Part shown: positions 35,907-43,918 of the stretch, in pieces | Layout of the letters: every line of letters begins with the position of its first letter | How positions within the stretch are numbered: position 1 is the first letter of the stretch | NCBI GenBank assembly: GCA_902783855.1 | Contig: CACZSU010000028.1 | Span: 1 to 48,113, forward strand | Direction of reading: 5' to 3' | From: an uncultured Ruminococcus sp. | GTDB taxonomy: Bacteria; Bacillota; Clostridia; Oscillospirales; Acutalibacteraceae | DNA: 48,113 nucleotides | Notes under the pieces: generated by a model | What the model saw: only the letters and a program-made list of their open reading frames with translations | Told to the model about the DNA's origin: nothing | The model's database searches: none | Made by a program: the position numbers and the translations under genes

Positions 35907-35935
35907 TTGACAAAACCATCCGGGTGTGAGATAAT
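35907..35935 (+). promoter_or_regulatory. Sigma-A-type promoter of cysK
   Basis: The -35 is TTGACA (35907-35912). A 17-nt spacer leads to TG-a-GATAAT (35927-35935). Confidence 0.65.
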
Positions 35936-36071
35936 ACCATATAGCATAACCTACTAATCACATAGGTTAAATATATTATAAAGCAGGGAGTAATCCATAT
36001 GAATTTCAAACCCTCGCAAAAGCGATGTTGATGCTGTATTTTATAGCAATCAATCTGAGGAGAGAACATAC

Positions 36072-36995
36072 ATGAAAATATATAAGAAAATAACCGATCT
36101 GATCGGAAGAACACCGCTTCTGGAACTGGAAACGGTGGGTAAAAATAACGGAGCAGCCGTTTTCGCAAAGCTAGAGTTTTTTAATCCCGCAGGAAGCGTC
36201 AAGGACAGGATCGCAAAGGCTATGATTGATGACGCAGAAGCCAAGGGCATACTGAAACCCGATTCTGTGATTATCGAGCCGACCAGCGGCAATACGGGAA
36301 TAGGACTTGCGGCTGTCTGTGCAGCAAGAGGATATCAGGTCGTACTGACGATGCCTGAAACAATGAGCATTGAGCGCAGAAATCTTCTGAAAGCATATGG
36401 AGCAAAGGTCGTGCTGACCGAGGGTGTAAAGGGTATGAAGGGCGCCATTAAAAAAGCTCAAGAGCTTGCAGCCGAAAACGCACATAGCTTTATACCAAGT
36501 CAATTTACCAATAGCGCCAACCCGAAGGTGCATTATGATACGACAGGTCCCGAAATATGGGAGGATACTGACGGAAAGATTGATATCTTTGTTGCCGGCG
36601 TCGGCACAGGCGGTACCATCTCCGGTGTCGGCGAGTACCTGAAAAGCAAAAATCCCAAAGTTCAGGTGGTGGCTGTTGAGCCTGCCGGTTCGCCTGTTCT
36701 TTCAGGAGAAAAACCCGGACCGCATAAGATACAGGGTATCGGCGCAGGATTTGTGCCGGAAACTCTGAATACCGCAATTTATGACGAGATCATAAAAGTA
36801 ACGAACGAGGATGCTTTTGAAACAGGCAGGGAGCTTGCAAAAAATGAAGGGCTGCTTGTAGGCATATCATCCGGCGCAGCTGTCCGGGCAGCGTCAGTGC
36901 TTGCAAAGCGTCCGGAAAACAAAGGAAAAATAATTGTAGCAATACTGCCTGATACAGGCGAAAGATACCTGTCCACGGCAATGTTCTCAGTATAG
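36072..36995 (+). CDS. cysK: Cysteine synthase A (O-acetylserine sulfhydrylase)
   Basis: The PLP lysine motif is [11 protein letters not shown], with [10 protein letters not shown] and [10 protein letters not shown]. 307 aa. Confidence 0.9.
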   Translation: MKIYKKITDLIGRTPLLELETVGKNNGAAVFAKLEFFNPAGSVKDRIAKAMIDDAEAKGILKPDSVIIEPTSGNTGIGLAAVCAARGYQVVLTMPETMSIERRNLLKAYGAKVVLTEGVKGMKGAIKKAQELAAENAHSFIPSQFTNSANPKVHYDTTGPEIWEDTDGKIDIFVAGVGTGGTISGVGEYLKSKNPKVQVVAVEPAGSPVLSGEKPGPHKIQGIGAGFVPETLNTAIYDEIIKVTNEDAFETGRELAKNEGLLVGISSGAAVRAASVLAKRPENKGKIIVAILPDTGERYLSTAMFSV

Positions 36996-37012
36996 AAAAA
37001 GAGGTTTTTGAA

Positions 37013-37156
37013 ATGAAGATCCGCAGTAATTTACAGTTTAATACTGTTTCATCCGAAAGCAATGCATTTGTTTCCGGCAATCATGCTGCGCCTGCTTGCT
37101 GCTGTATGTGTTGTACCGACACAGACGGCTTACAGCGATGTTTTATTTTACCGTAA
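37013..37156 (+). CDS. 47-codon Cys-rich leader peptide ORF (MKIRSNLQFNTVSSESNAFVSGNHAAPACCCMCCTDTDGLQRCFILP)
   Basis: It is below the ORF-track cutoff. The SD AAGAGG (36999-37004) lies 8 nt before ATG 37013. Codons 37097-37114 read TGC TGC TGT ATG TGT TGT. The ORF is embedded in alternative RNA helices that end in a terminator. Confidence 0.6.
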   Translation: MKIRSNLQFNTVSSESNAFVSGNHAAPACCCMCCTDTDGLQRCFILP

Positions 37157-37213
37157 AACAGTTTTTCTGCCATAGCCGTCTGTCTGCACCATCGCAGCAC
37201 AGGCGGCATTTTT
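37097..37213 (+). promoter_or_regulatory. Candidate ribosome-mediated (Cys-codon) transcription attenuator
   Basis: Segment 1 (37101-37111) pairs with segment 2 (37119-37129) at 10 of 11 positions. Segment 2 (37121-37130) pairs with segment 3 (37174-37183) in 10 perfect bp. Segment 3 (37175-37187) pairs with segment 4 (37194-37207). These helices are mutually exclusive. Confidence 0.6.
37175..37213 (+). terminator. Intrinsic terminator of the Cys-leader attenuator
   Basis: GCCGTCTGTCTGC pairs with GCAGCACAGGCGGC: 13 bp with one bulged C, one GU pair and a 6-nt loop. AUUUUUAUGUUU follows. It ends 8 nt before the SD of the next gene. Confidence 0.7.
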
Positions 37214-37233
37214 ATGTTTAGGAGAGAATGATT

Positions 37234-39342
37234 ATGATAGCAGCACAGGAAAGCATTACTGCAAAATTATGTTCCTTTGCCCGGGCATATCACTCAAATA
37301 TCGGGCGAAAGAAAATATTTGACGATTATCTTGCCTATGATCTGATGGGCAAGCAGGAATTTGAGGAAATAGGTCAGCTCATACAGAATGATTTTGATAC
37401 AGACAATATTACGGATAATCCGGATTTCACAGCAGAACAGATCAATCCTAAGCTTAACCGTTATATTGCACCTATTCCGCTTTCAAGAATAGCATTTGCC
37501 GAAACAAAATTGCTTGAATTTGCGAAGAAACATCCTGTATGCCAGTATATTATCTGCGGTGCGGGAATGGATACCTTTGCTTTCAGGAATGAAAAGGCAG
37601 ATATACGGATATTCGAGCTTGACCATCCAGACACCAGCAGATATAAGTGCGAAAGAATACGTGAGCTTGAATGGAACATCCCGAAAAATCTGACATTCGT
37701 ACCCATAGATTTTTCAAAGGATGATATGACACAGGTACTGCTTTCATCAGGCTATGATCCGGATATCCCGACATTCTTTGCGATACTTGGCGTTTTATAT
37801 TATCTGACTTTTCCGGTATTTGAGCAGACAATAAAAAAGATCAGCCGTATTTGCCGTGCAGAAACAGAAGTCGCATTTGACTATCCCGATGAAACAACAC
37901 TTGCAGACAGAAGCCCTGAAAGAGTACATACACTTGCAAAGATCACGGAAAGGCTCGGAGAAAAAATGCTGCACGGCTATTCCTTCCTGGAGATCAGCAC
38001 CGTGCTTGACAAATACGGCTTTGCAATTGAGGATTACAAAACGCCGCAGATGATACAACAGCATTATTTTGCGGACAGGGATGACGGTATCAAAGCATTT
38101 GAAAATATACATTTTATGCTGGCATTCAAAACAAAGGAGAAAGTGAAAATGAAGAATTATATATTTACATCAGAATCTGTTACCAAGGGACACCCCGATA
38201 AGGTCTGCGACATGATATCAGATGCCATACTGGACGCTTTTCTGAAAACAGACAGCCATTCCCGTGTTGCTGTGGAAACGGTTGTCAAGAACAATACAGT
38301 GATACTTGCCGGGGAGGTTTCCTCCACAGGAAGTGTTGATATTGAAAAGACGGTCAGGGATACCATTAACGGTATCGGGTATGACCGCCCGGAGCTTGGG
38401 TTTGATGGTCATTCGGTCAACATCATACAGCTGATTGATAAACAATCGCCTGATATTGCTCAGGGAGTGGATGATGCGCTTGAACACAGAGGTGAACAGA
38501 ATGCCGATATCGGCGCAGGCGATCAGGGAATGATGTTCGGTTATGCTGTTAACGAAACGGAGGAGCTTATGCCCATCCCGATTTCCCTTGCGCATAAGCT
38601 GTCAAGAAAGCTGACGGAGGTAAGAGAAGACGGCTCTCTCCCCTACCTCAGACCTGATGGAAAAACACAGGTTTCCGTTAAATATGAAGGCGGCAGACCT
38701 GTGGGAATAGATACGGTTCTTATCTCCACGCAGCACGACCCGGATATCACACAGGAGCAGATCAGGAATGACCTGATACAATATGTTATTCGTCCGACAC
38801 TTCCCGAAAAATGGAAAAACGATGATTACAAAATACTTGTCAATCCCACCGGACGATTTGTTATCGGAGGACCTGTGGGCGACAGCGGACTGACGGGAAG
38901 GAAAATCATTGTGGATACCTATGGCGGTGCAGCTGCACACGGCGGAGGAGCATTTTCCGGCAAGGATCCTACGAAGGTTGACAGAAGCGCCGCATATGCT
39001 GCAAGATATATTGCCAAAAACATTGTTTCAGCAGGTCTTGCGGAAAAGGCGGAAATACAGCTTGCCTATGCAATCGGTGTTGCTGCACCGGTATCAATAC
39101 TTGTCAATACCTTCGGGACAGGAAGAATATCGGATGATCTTATCAGGCAGGCAGTCGAAAACACAATCGACCTCAGACCCTCGGGGATAATAGAAAGGTT
39201 TGACCTGCAAAGACCGATTTATGCGCGGACTGCATCCTACGGACATTTTGGCAGAACAGACATTGATCTGCCTTGGGAAAGGACAGATCTCGCATCAGAG
39301 CTGAAAAAATATCTTAACCATTATTTCAAGGAGGCAGTGTGA
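37234..39342 (+). CDS. Continuous ORF fusing a class I SAM-dependent methyltransferase (LCMT/TIGR00027-like, about 300 aa) to S-adenosylmethionine synthetase
   Basis: No stop codon separates the methyltransferase part (...[14 protein letters not shown]...IFELDHPDT...) from the MetK part. The start is taken at ATG 37234, 9 nt after GGAG; an ATG at 37228 is also in frame. Confidence 0.75.
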   Translation: MIAAQESITAKLCSFARAYHSNIGRKKIFDDYLAYDLMGKQEFEEIGQLIQNDFDTDNITDNPDFTAEQINPKLNRYIAPIPLSRIAFAETKLLEFAKKHPVCQYIICGAGMDTFAFRNEKADIRIFELDHPDTSRYKCERIRELEWNIPKNLTFVPIDFSKDDMTQVLLSSGYDPDIPTFFAILGVLYYLTFPVFEQTIKKISRICRAETEVAFDYPDETTLADRSPERVHTLAKITERLGEKMLHGYSFLEISTVLDKYGFAIEDYKTPQMIQQHYFADRDDGIKAFENIHFMLAFKTKEKVKMKNYIFTSESVTKGHPDKVCDMISDAILDAFLKTDSHSRVAVETVVKNNTVILAGEVSSTGSVDIEKTVRDTINGIGYDRPELGFDGHSVNIIQLIDKQSPDIAQGVDDALEHRGEQNADIGAGDQGMMFGYAVNETEELMPIPISLAHKLSRKLTEVREDGSLPYLRPDGKTQVSVKYEGGRPVGIDTVLISTQHDPDITQEQIRNDLIQYVIRPTLPEKWKNDDYKILVNPTGRFVIGGPVGDSGLTGRKIIVDTYGGAAAHGGGAFSGKDPTKVDRSAAYAARYIAKNIVSAGLAEKAEIQLAYAIGVAAPVSILVNTFGTGRISDDLIRQAVENTIDLRPSGIIERFDLQRPIYARTASYGHFGRTDIDLPWERTDLASELKKYLNHYFKEAV
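38149..39342 (+). CDS. metK: S-adenosylmethionine synthetase module, with its own SD and ATG inside the fusion ORF
   Basis: [32 protein letters not shown]..., [18 protein letters not shown] and [16 protein letters not shown] are canonical MetK motifs. AAAGGAG lies 9 nt upstream of ATG 38149. Confidence 0.9.
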   Translation: MKNYIFTSESVTKGHPDKVCDMISDAILDAFLKTDSHSRVAVETVVKNNTVILAGEVSSTGSVDIEKTVRDTINGIGYDRPELGFDGHSVNIIQLIDKQSPDIAQGVDDALEHRGEQNADIGAGDQGMMFGYAVNETEELMPIPISLAHKLSRKLTEVREDGSLPYLRPDGKTQVSVKYEGGRPVGIDTVLISTQHDPDITQEQIRNDLIQYVIRPTLPEKWKNDDYKILVNPTGRFVIGGPVGDSGLTGRKIIVDTYGGAAAHGGGAFSGKDPTKVDRSAAYAARYIAKNIVSAGLAEKAEIQLAYAIGVAAPVSILVNTFGTGRISDDLIRQAVENTIDLRPSGIIERFDLQRPIYARTASYGHFGRTDIDLPWERTDLASELKKYLNHYFKEAV

Positions 39343-39866
39343 TGAATCTGATACCAAGCTTTTCTGTCGATCACAGAGCGATTGTACCTGGCATTTTTAC
39401 AAGCCGCACAGACAGGGTCGGTGACAGTGTGATCACGACATACGATATAAGGCTTACAAGACCGAACAGAGAACCGGCAATAGATGCGGCGGCTATGCAC
39501 TCGCTGGAACATATCATAGCGACCTTTCTGCGGAACGATCCCGATTGGCAGGAGGAAATCATCTACTGGGGACCCATGGGCTGTCTGACAGGATTTTACC
39601 TGATTCTGAAAGGGAACCGTTCTCCCCGTGAGATCTTTGAGCTGATACGGAGTGCTTTCCGGGAGGTTGATCATGTTCAGAGCGTTCCTGGTACATCACC
39701 GGAAAACTGCGGACATTACCTGATGCATAACCTTGGAATGGCAAAATGGTATGCAGAAAGATTTGCAGATTATCTTGATGCGAACGCCGGAAATGATCTG
39801 ATTTATGAATATCCGAGAACAGACCGTCTTATTACGGATGACGGACAGAAGTTCTTTGATTCATAA
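39342..39866 (+). CDS. luxS: S-ribosylhomocysteine lyase
   Basis: The metal motif is HSLEHIIATFLRN, with GCLTGFYL. The ATG overlaps the metK stop (TGATG). Confidence 0.9.
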   Translation: MNLIPSFSVDHRAIVPGIFTSRTDRVGDSVITTYDIRLTRPNREPAIDAAAMHSLEHIIATFLRNDPDWQEEIIYWGPMGCLTGFYLILKGNRSPREIFELIRSAFREVDHVQSVPGTSPENCGHYLMHNLGMAKWYAERFADYLDANAGNDLIYEYPRTDRLITDDGQKFFDS

Positions 39867-39905
39867 AAAATAATTCACACACATTAGTATAAAGGAGTAA
39901 TCATT

Positions 39906-41063
39906 ATGTCAACATATAAACACATTGAATCAGCCCTTATTCACGGGGGCATTTACGGAGATGCATATACAAAGGCAGTCAATGTACCTATCTATCAGAC
40001 ATCGACATACGAACAGAGCGGTATCGGTGAAACGCCGGAGTGGGAATATTCCCGCACAGGCAATCCCACCCGTGCGGCATTGGAAGCACTGATAGCAGAG
40101 CTTGAAGGCGGAAAGGCAGGCTTTGCCTTTGCTTCGGGTATGGCGGCAATTACCGCAGTGCTGAGCCTTTTCCATACCGGCGATAAAATCATCATTTCAA
40201 GCAATGTATATGGCGGCACCTTCCGTGTACTGGATAAGGTATTCAATCATTTTGGAATAGGCTATTCGATCGAAGACACCACCAATATCAAAGAGCTTGA
40301 AGCGAGGATCACCCCGGATGTAAAGGCAATACTGATCGAAAGCCCTGCCAACCCCCTGCTCACTGTTACCGATATCGGCGCGGTGGCGCGTCTTGCCGCC
40401 AAGCATGATATTCTTTCCATTGTGGACAATACCTTTATGACGCCGTATCTGCAAAAGCCCCTTGAACTGGGAGCAGATGTTGTCATTCATAGTGCGACAA
40501 AATATCTTGGCGGTCACAGTGACGTTGTGGCAGGGCTGGTGGTAGTGAATGACGATAAGCTTGCAAAACAGATAGCCTTTATCCAGAATTCAACCGGCGG
40601 CGTTCTCGGTCCCTTTGACAGCTTTTTGCTTATCAGAGGCATCAAAACACTGGGCGTCCGTCTTGACCGCCATGTTGAAAATGCAGAAAAGGCTGCAAAA
40701 TTTCTCAGCGGGCATAAGGCTGTCAAGAAGGTTTATTATCCGGGACTGCCTGATGCACAGGGCTATGCAATCAATCAGCGTCAGGCTAAAAACGGGGGCG
40801 TCATGATCTCGTTTGAGCTTTATGAAAACTACGATATCCATCGGTTCTTTCAGTCACTGAAACTGGTTGCCCTTGCAGAGAGCCTTGGCGGCGTTGAGAG
40901 CCTTGTTTGCCATCCGGCAAGTATGACACACGCTTCCATTCCATACGAGGTACGTCAGAAAATCGGCATCACAGACGGTCTTATCCGTCTTTCCATCGGC
41001 ATTGAAAATATAGATGATATACTTGCCGATCTTGCACAGGCTATTGCAGAAAGCGAGGGTTAA
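39906..41063 (+). CDS. Cys/Met-metabolism PLP enzyme (cystathionine beta/gamma-lyase, MetC/MccB-like)
   Basis: YSRTGNPTR, the PLP lysine motif HSATKYLGGHSD and ESLGGVESL are present. 385 aa. Confidence 0.85.
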   Translation: MSTYKHIESALIHGGIYGDAYTKAVNVPIYQTSTYEQSGIGETPEWEYSRTGNPTRAALEALIAELEGGKAGFAFASGMAAITAVLSLFHTGDKIIISSNVYGGTFRVLDKVFNHFGIGYSIEDTTNIKELEARITPDVKAILIESPANPLLTVTDIGAVARLAAKHDILSIVDNTFMTPYLQKPLELGADVVIHSATKYLGGHSDVVAGLVVVNDDKLAKQIAFIQNSTGGVLGPFDSFLLIRGIKTLGVRLDRHVENAEKAAKFLSGHKAVKKVYYPGLPDAQGYAINQRQAKNGGVMISFELYENYDIHRFFQSLKLVALAESLGGVESLVCHPASMTHASIPYEVRQKIGITDGLIRLSIGIENIDDILADLAQAIAESEG

Positions 41064-41065
41064 TC

Positions 41066-41977
41066 ATGGCACTTTATGAGGATATGCAGCAGCTGATAGG
41101 AAATACTCCGCTGGTAAGACTGAAGCATCTTGACCTTCCCGAGGGTGTAAAATTGTATGCAAAATTAGAACTGCTTAACCCATCCGGCAGTGTCAAGGAC
41201 AGAATCGGAAAATACATGATAGAGGATGCCGAACAAAAAGGCATACTCAAAAAAGGCAGCGTTATCGTAGAAGCTACTGCCGGAAATACAGGACTTGGCA
41301 TTGCCTTTGCAGCACTGAACAGAGGATATCATATTATCTTTGTTGTACCCACAAAGTTTTCTCAGGAAAAGCAGACACTGCTCCGTGCCCTCGGTGCAAG
41401 GATTATCAATACTCCCCGCGAGGGAGGTATGCTGGGTGCATGGAAAAAGGCGGAGGAAATACGCAGCACGATTCCCGGTGCGGTTACGTTGGAGCAGTTC
41501 AAAAACCCGTCCAATCCGCTGGCACATTATGAAACAACAGGAAAAGAAATATATGACGATCTTGGCGGCAATATTGATTATCTTGTGGCAGGAGCAGGAA
41601 GCGGCGGTACATATTCGGGAGTTGTAAAGTACCTTAAAGAGAAAAACGGACATATTGTGGGAGTACTTGCTGATCCTGTCGGTTCCACTATGGGCGGCGG
41701 TGAGCACGGAGAGTACAATATTGAAGGTATCGGAAATGATTTCATCGCTGATACCATGGATATGTCCCTTGTGGACAGGGTGATAAAAATGACTGACAGT
41801 GAGGCTTTTGAGGGTGCAAGGGAGCTTGCAGGGAAAGAAGGCATCTTTGCCGGTTCCTCATCCGGTGCTGCACTTGCGGCTGCCAAAAAGCTGATTGCAG
41901 ACGGCGCAAGAGGAAATATCGTGGTTATTTTTCCTGACAGGGGCGACCGCTACTTTACAAAAAATCTATATGAATAA
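41066..41977 (+). CDS. Cysteine synthase-family PLP enzyme (CysM/MccA-like paralog of cysK)
   Basis: NPSGSVKDRIG, TAGNTGLGIA and GAGSGGTYSG are present. It sits directly after the lyase gene, as in mccA/mccB-type reverse transsulfuration pairs. Confidence 0.85.
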   Translation: MALYEDMQQLIGNTPLVRLKHLDLPEGVKLYAKLELLNPSGSVKDRIGKYMIEDAEQKGILKKGSVIVEATAGNTGLGIAFAALNRGYHIIFVVPTKFSQEKQTLLRALGARIINTPREGGMLGAWKKAEEIRSTIPGAVTLEQFKNPSNPLAHYETTGKEIYDDLGGNIDYLVAGAGSGGTYSGVVKYLKEKNGHIVGVLADPVGSTMGGGEHGEYNIEGIGNDFIADTMDMSLVDRVIKMTDSEAFEGARELAGKEGIFAGSSSGAALAAAKKLIADGARGNIVVIFPDRGDRYFTKNLYE

Positions 41978-41986
41978 AGGTGTATT

Positions 41987-42919
41987 ATGACATTACAACA
42001 GATACATTACGCAATAACTATCTCGGAACAGGGTTCTTTCAATAAGGCGAGCGAGGTGCTGTATATTTCACAGCCCTCGCTCACTGAGGCTGTCAGAGAG
42101 TTGGAAAAGGAACTGGGAATCATTATATTCCACCGCAGCGGCAAGGGTGTTACCCTGACAAGTGACGGCACAGAGTTTATATCCTATGCACGGGATCTGT
42201 ACCGCCAGTATGAAACCATATTAGACCACTACAATGAAAGCGGCACGCTGAAAAAGAAATTCGCCGTTTCGACACAGCATTATTCCTTTGCCGTCAAAAG
42301 CTTTGTGGAACTGGTAAAACAGCTGAATACCGATGAATACGAATTTGCTATAAGAGAAGTCCGCACCCAGAAGGTAATAGAAGATGTCAGCACTCTCAAA
42401 AGTGAAGTTGGCATATTGTATCTGAGCGATTTCAATTCACCGCTTCTTACAAAGCTGATGCGTACAAATAAGCTGGAATTCCATGAGCTTGTCACCTGTG
42501 ATGCATATGTTTACATATGGAAGGGACATCCCTTAGCCAATCATAAAAGCATACGCTTTGAGGAGCTTATAGGATTTCCGAGCCTGTCCTTCGAGCAGGG
42601 CGGAAACGGTTCGATGTATTTTGACGAGGAAATACTCAGCAATAATCACTATCCCCGCACCATCAAGGCTACAGACCGGGCAACAATGCTGAATCTGATG
42701 GTAGGGCTGAACGGCTATACTTTGTGTTCGGGAATCATCTGCGAGGAACTGAACGGCGGAGAATATGTCGCTGTTCCCTACGAGCCTGACACCGATCATC
42801 CCGGCAGCAGAATGAAGATCGGCTATATCACAAAAAAGAACATTCACCTCAGCAGCGTAGGCAAAATGTACATTGCAGAGCTGAAAAAATATTTAGGAGT
42901 ACAAGATGAAGATAATTGA
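41987..42919 (+). CDS. LysR-family transcriptional regulator
   Basis: The N-terminal HTH is FNKASEVLYISQPSLTEAVRELEKELG, followed by a LysR substrate-binding domain of typical length (310 aa). Confidence 0.85.
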   Translation: MTLQQIHYAITISEQGSFNKASEVLYISQPSLTEAVRELEKELGIIIFHRSGKGVTLTSDGTEFISYARDLYRQYETILDHYNESGTLKKKFAVSTQHYSFAVKSFVELVKQLNTDEYEFAIREVRTQKVIEDVSTLKSEVGILYLSDFNSPLLTKLMRTNKLEFHELVTCDAYVYIWKGHPLANHKSIRFEELIGFPSLSFEQGGNGSMYFDEEILSNNHYPRTIKATDRATMLNLMVGLNGYTLCSGIICEELNGGEYVAVPYEPDTDHPGSRMKIGYITKKNIHLSSVGKMYIAELKKYLGVQDEDN

Positions 42920-43691
42920 CTTTCACGCACATATTTATCCTGATAAGATAGCAGAAAAGGCTTCACAGGCAACAGGTGACTTTTACAATATATCGCCTGC
43001 TCACAGCGGGACATCACAGGAACTGCTGGCTTCCGGCAAAGCGGCGGGTATATCAGAATTTGTACTGCTTCCGGTTGCAACAAAACCGGATCAGGTAAGG
43101 CATATCAACGAGTTTATTGCACGGGAAGCAGATGCACACAGGGAGTTTTCCGGCTTTGGCACACTTCATCCGGATGGAGAAAATATGCTTGCGGAAACGG
43201 AATATATCATAAACTCAGGTCTGAAAGGCATCAAGCTCCATCCTGATACCCAGCAGTTCAATACGGACGATAAAAGGCTGTATGAAGTGTTTGACTATAT
43301 GCAGGACAGACTTCCGCTGCTTGTTCACTGCGGAGATAAACGCTTTGATTTTTCACATCCCCGCCGTCTGAAAAATGTCATAGACAGCTTTCCCCGTTTG
43401 CAGATAATCGCAGCACATCTCGGCGGCTGGTCGCTTTTTGACGAAGCATTTGAGATTCTTCGCAATACAGACTGTTTTCTTGATATTTCAAGCACGATGA
43501 TGTTTTTGCCCCCTGAAAAGGTGGTGCGGTACATACACGGATATGGAGCAGACAGAATCCTTTTCGGCACAGATTATCCGCTGTGGGATCCAAAAAAAGA
43601 AACAGAAAACTTCCTGCGCCTTGATCTCAGTAATGCTGAGCGTGAGCTGATAGCCTGGAAAAACGGGATGACAATACTAAGGAATCACTGA
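42906..43691 (+). CDS. Amidohydrolase_2-type TIM-barrel metal-dependent hydrolase
   Basis: The N-terminal HxH metal motif lies in MKIIDFHAHIYPD. KLHPD, AHLGG and GTDYP are also present. It overlaps the LysR gene by 14 bp. Confidence 0.75.
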   Translation: MKIIDFHAHIYPDKIAEKASQATGDFYNISPAHSGTSQELLASGKAAGISEFVLLPVATKPDQVRHINEFIAREADAHREFSGFGTLHPDGENMLAETEYIINSGLKGIKLHPDTQQFNTDDKRLYEVFDYMQDRLPLLVHCGDKRFDFSHPRRLKNVIDSFPRLQIIAAHLGGWSLFDEAFEILRNTDCFLDISSTMMFLPPEKVVRYIHGYGADRILFGTDYPLWDPKKETENFLRLDLSNAERELIAWKNGMTILRNH

Positions 43692-43696
43692 ACATA

Positions 43697-43713
43697 TTAT
43701 AGGTAAAACCTAT
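43697..43713. promoter_or_regulatory. Second copy of the palindromic box, TATAGG-TAAAA-CCTATT (candidate LysR-type operator)
   Basis: It is centred at 43705, exactly 30 bp upstream of the -35 hexamer at 43735. Extra half-site-like CCTATA (43715-43720), CCTATC (43724-43729) and ATAGGG (43750-43755) follow. Confidence 0.55.
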
Positions 43714-43734
43714 TACCTATAATACCTATCAGAT

Positions 43735-43764
43735 ATTAGACAAATAAATCATAGGGTGTTATAA
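43735..43764 (+). promoter_or_regulatory. Sigma-A-type promoter of the leader/ABC-transporter operon
   Basis: The -35 is TTAGAC (43735-43740). An 18-nt spacer leads to the extended -10, TG-t-TATAAT (43756-43764). Confidence 0.55.
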
Positions 43765-43794
43765 TAAACACATCAAACGGAAAGGAGTAACAGC

Positions 43795-43896
43795 CATGAC
43801 AAAGACAACTGTAATGACAACGTGTATGAATAGCTGTATGTGTATGACGCAGAAAGCGGTTTTCTGTGTCAGAGCTTGCTGCGCTTTCCGAATGTG
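43795..43896 (+). CDS. 33-codon Cys/Met-rich leader peptide ORF (MTKTTVMTTCMNSCMCMTQKAVFCVRACCAFRM)
   Basis: It is below the ORF-track cutoff. The SD AAAGGAG lies 8 nt before ATG 43795. It has 6 Cys and 7 Met (including the start) in 33 codons and is followed by alternative helices and a terminator. Confidence 0.55.
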
Positions 43897-43918
43897 AGGA
43901 TCTTTCTGCGTTTCACAC

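Noticed and set aside
37013-37156. The Cys-rich 47-aa peptide as a RiPP, lanthipeptide or sactipeptide precursor or a metallothionein-like product
   Set aside because: No maturase (radical SAM, LanB/C/M, YcaO), dedicated protease or exporter is adjacent. The Cys run coincides precisely with segment 1 of a terminator/antiterminator switch, and a second unrelated Cys/Met-rich ORF with the same RNA logic precedes the neighbouring sulfur operon. The RiPP reading cannot be fully excluded without experiments.
35936-37233. S-box (SAM) riboswitch or T-box leader upstream of cysK or metK, as is common in Firmicutes
   Set aside because: I found no T-box sequence (…GGUGGUACCGCG…), no specifier-loop architecture and no S-box four-helix junction consensus. 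The spacers are too short (about 135 and 230 nt) and are better explained by the promoter/box and the leader-peptide attenuator.
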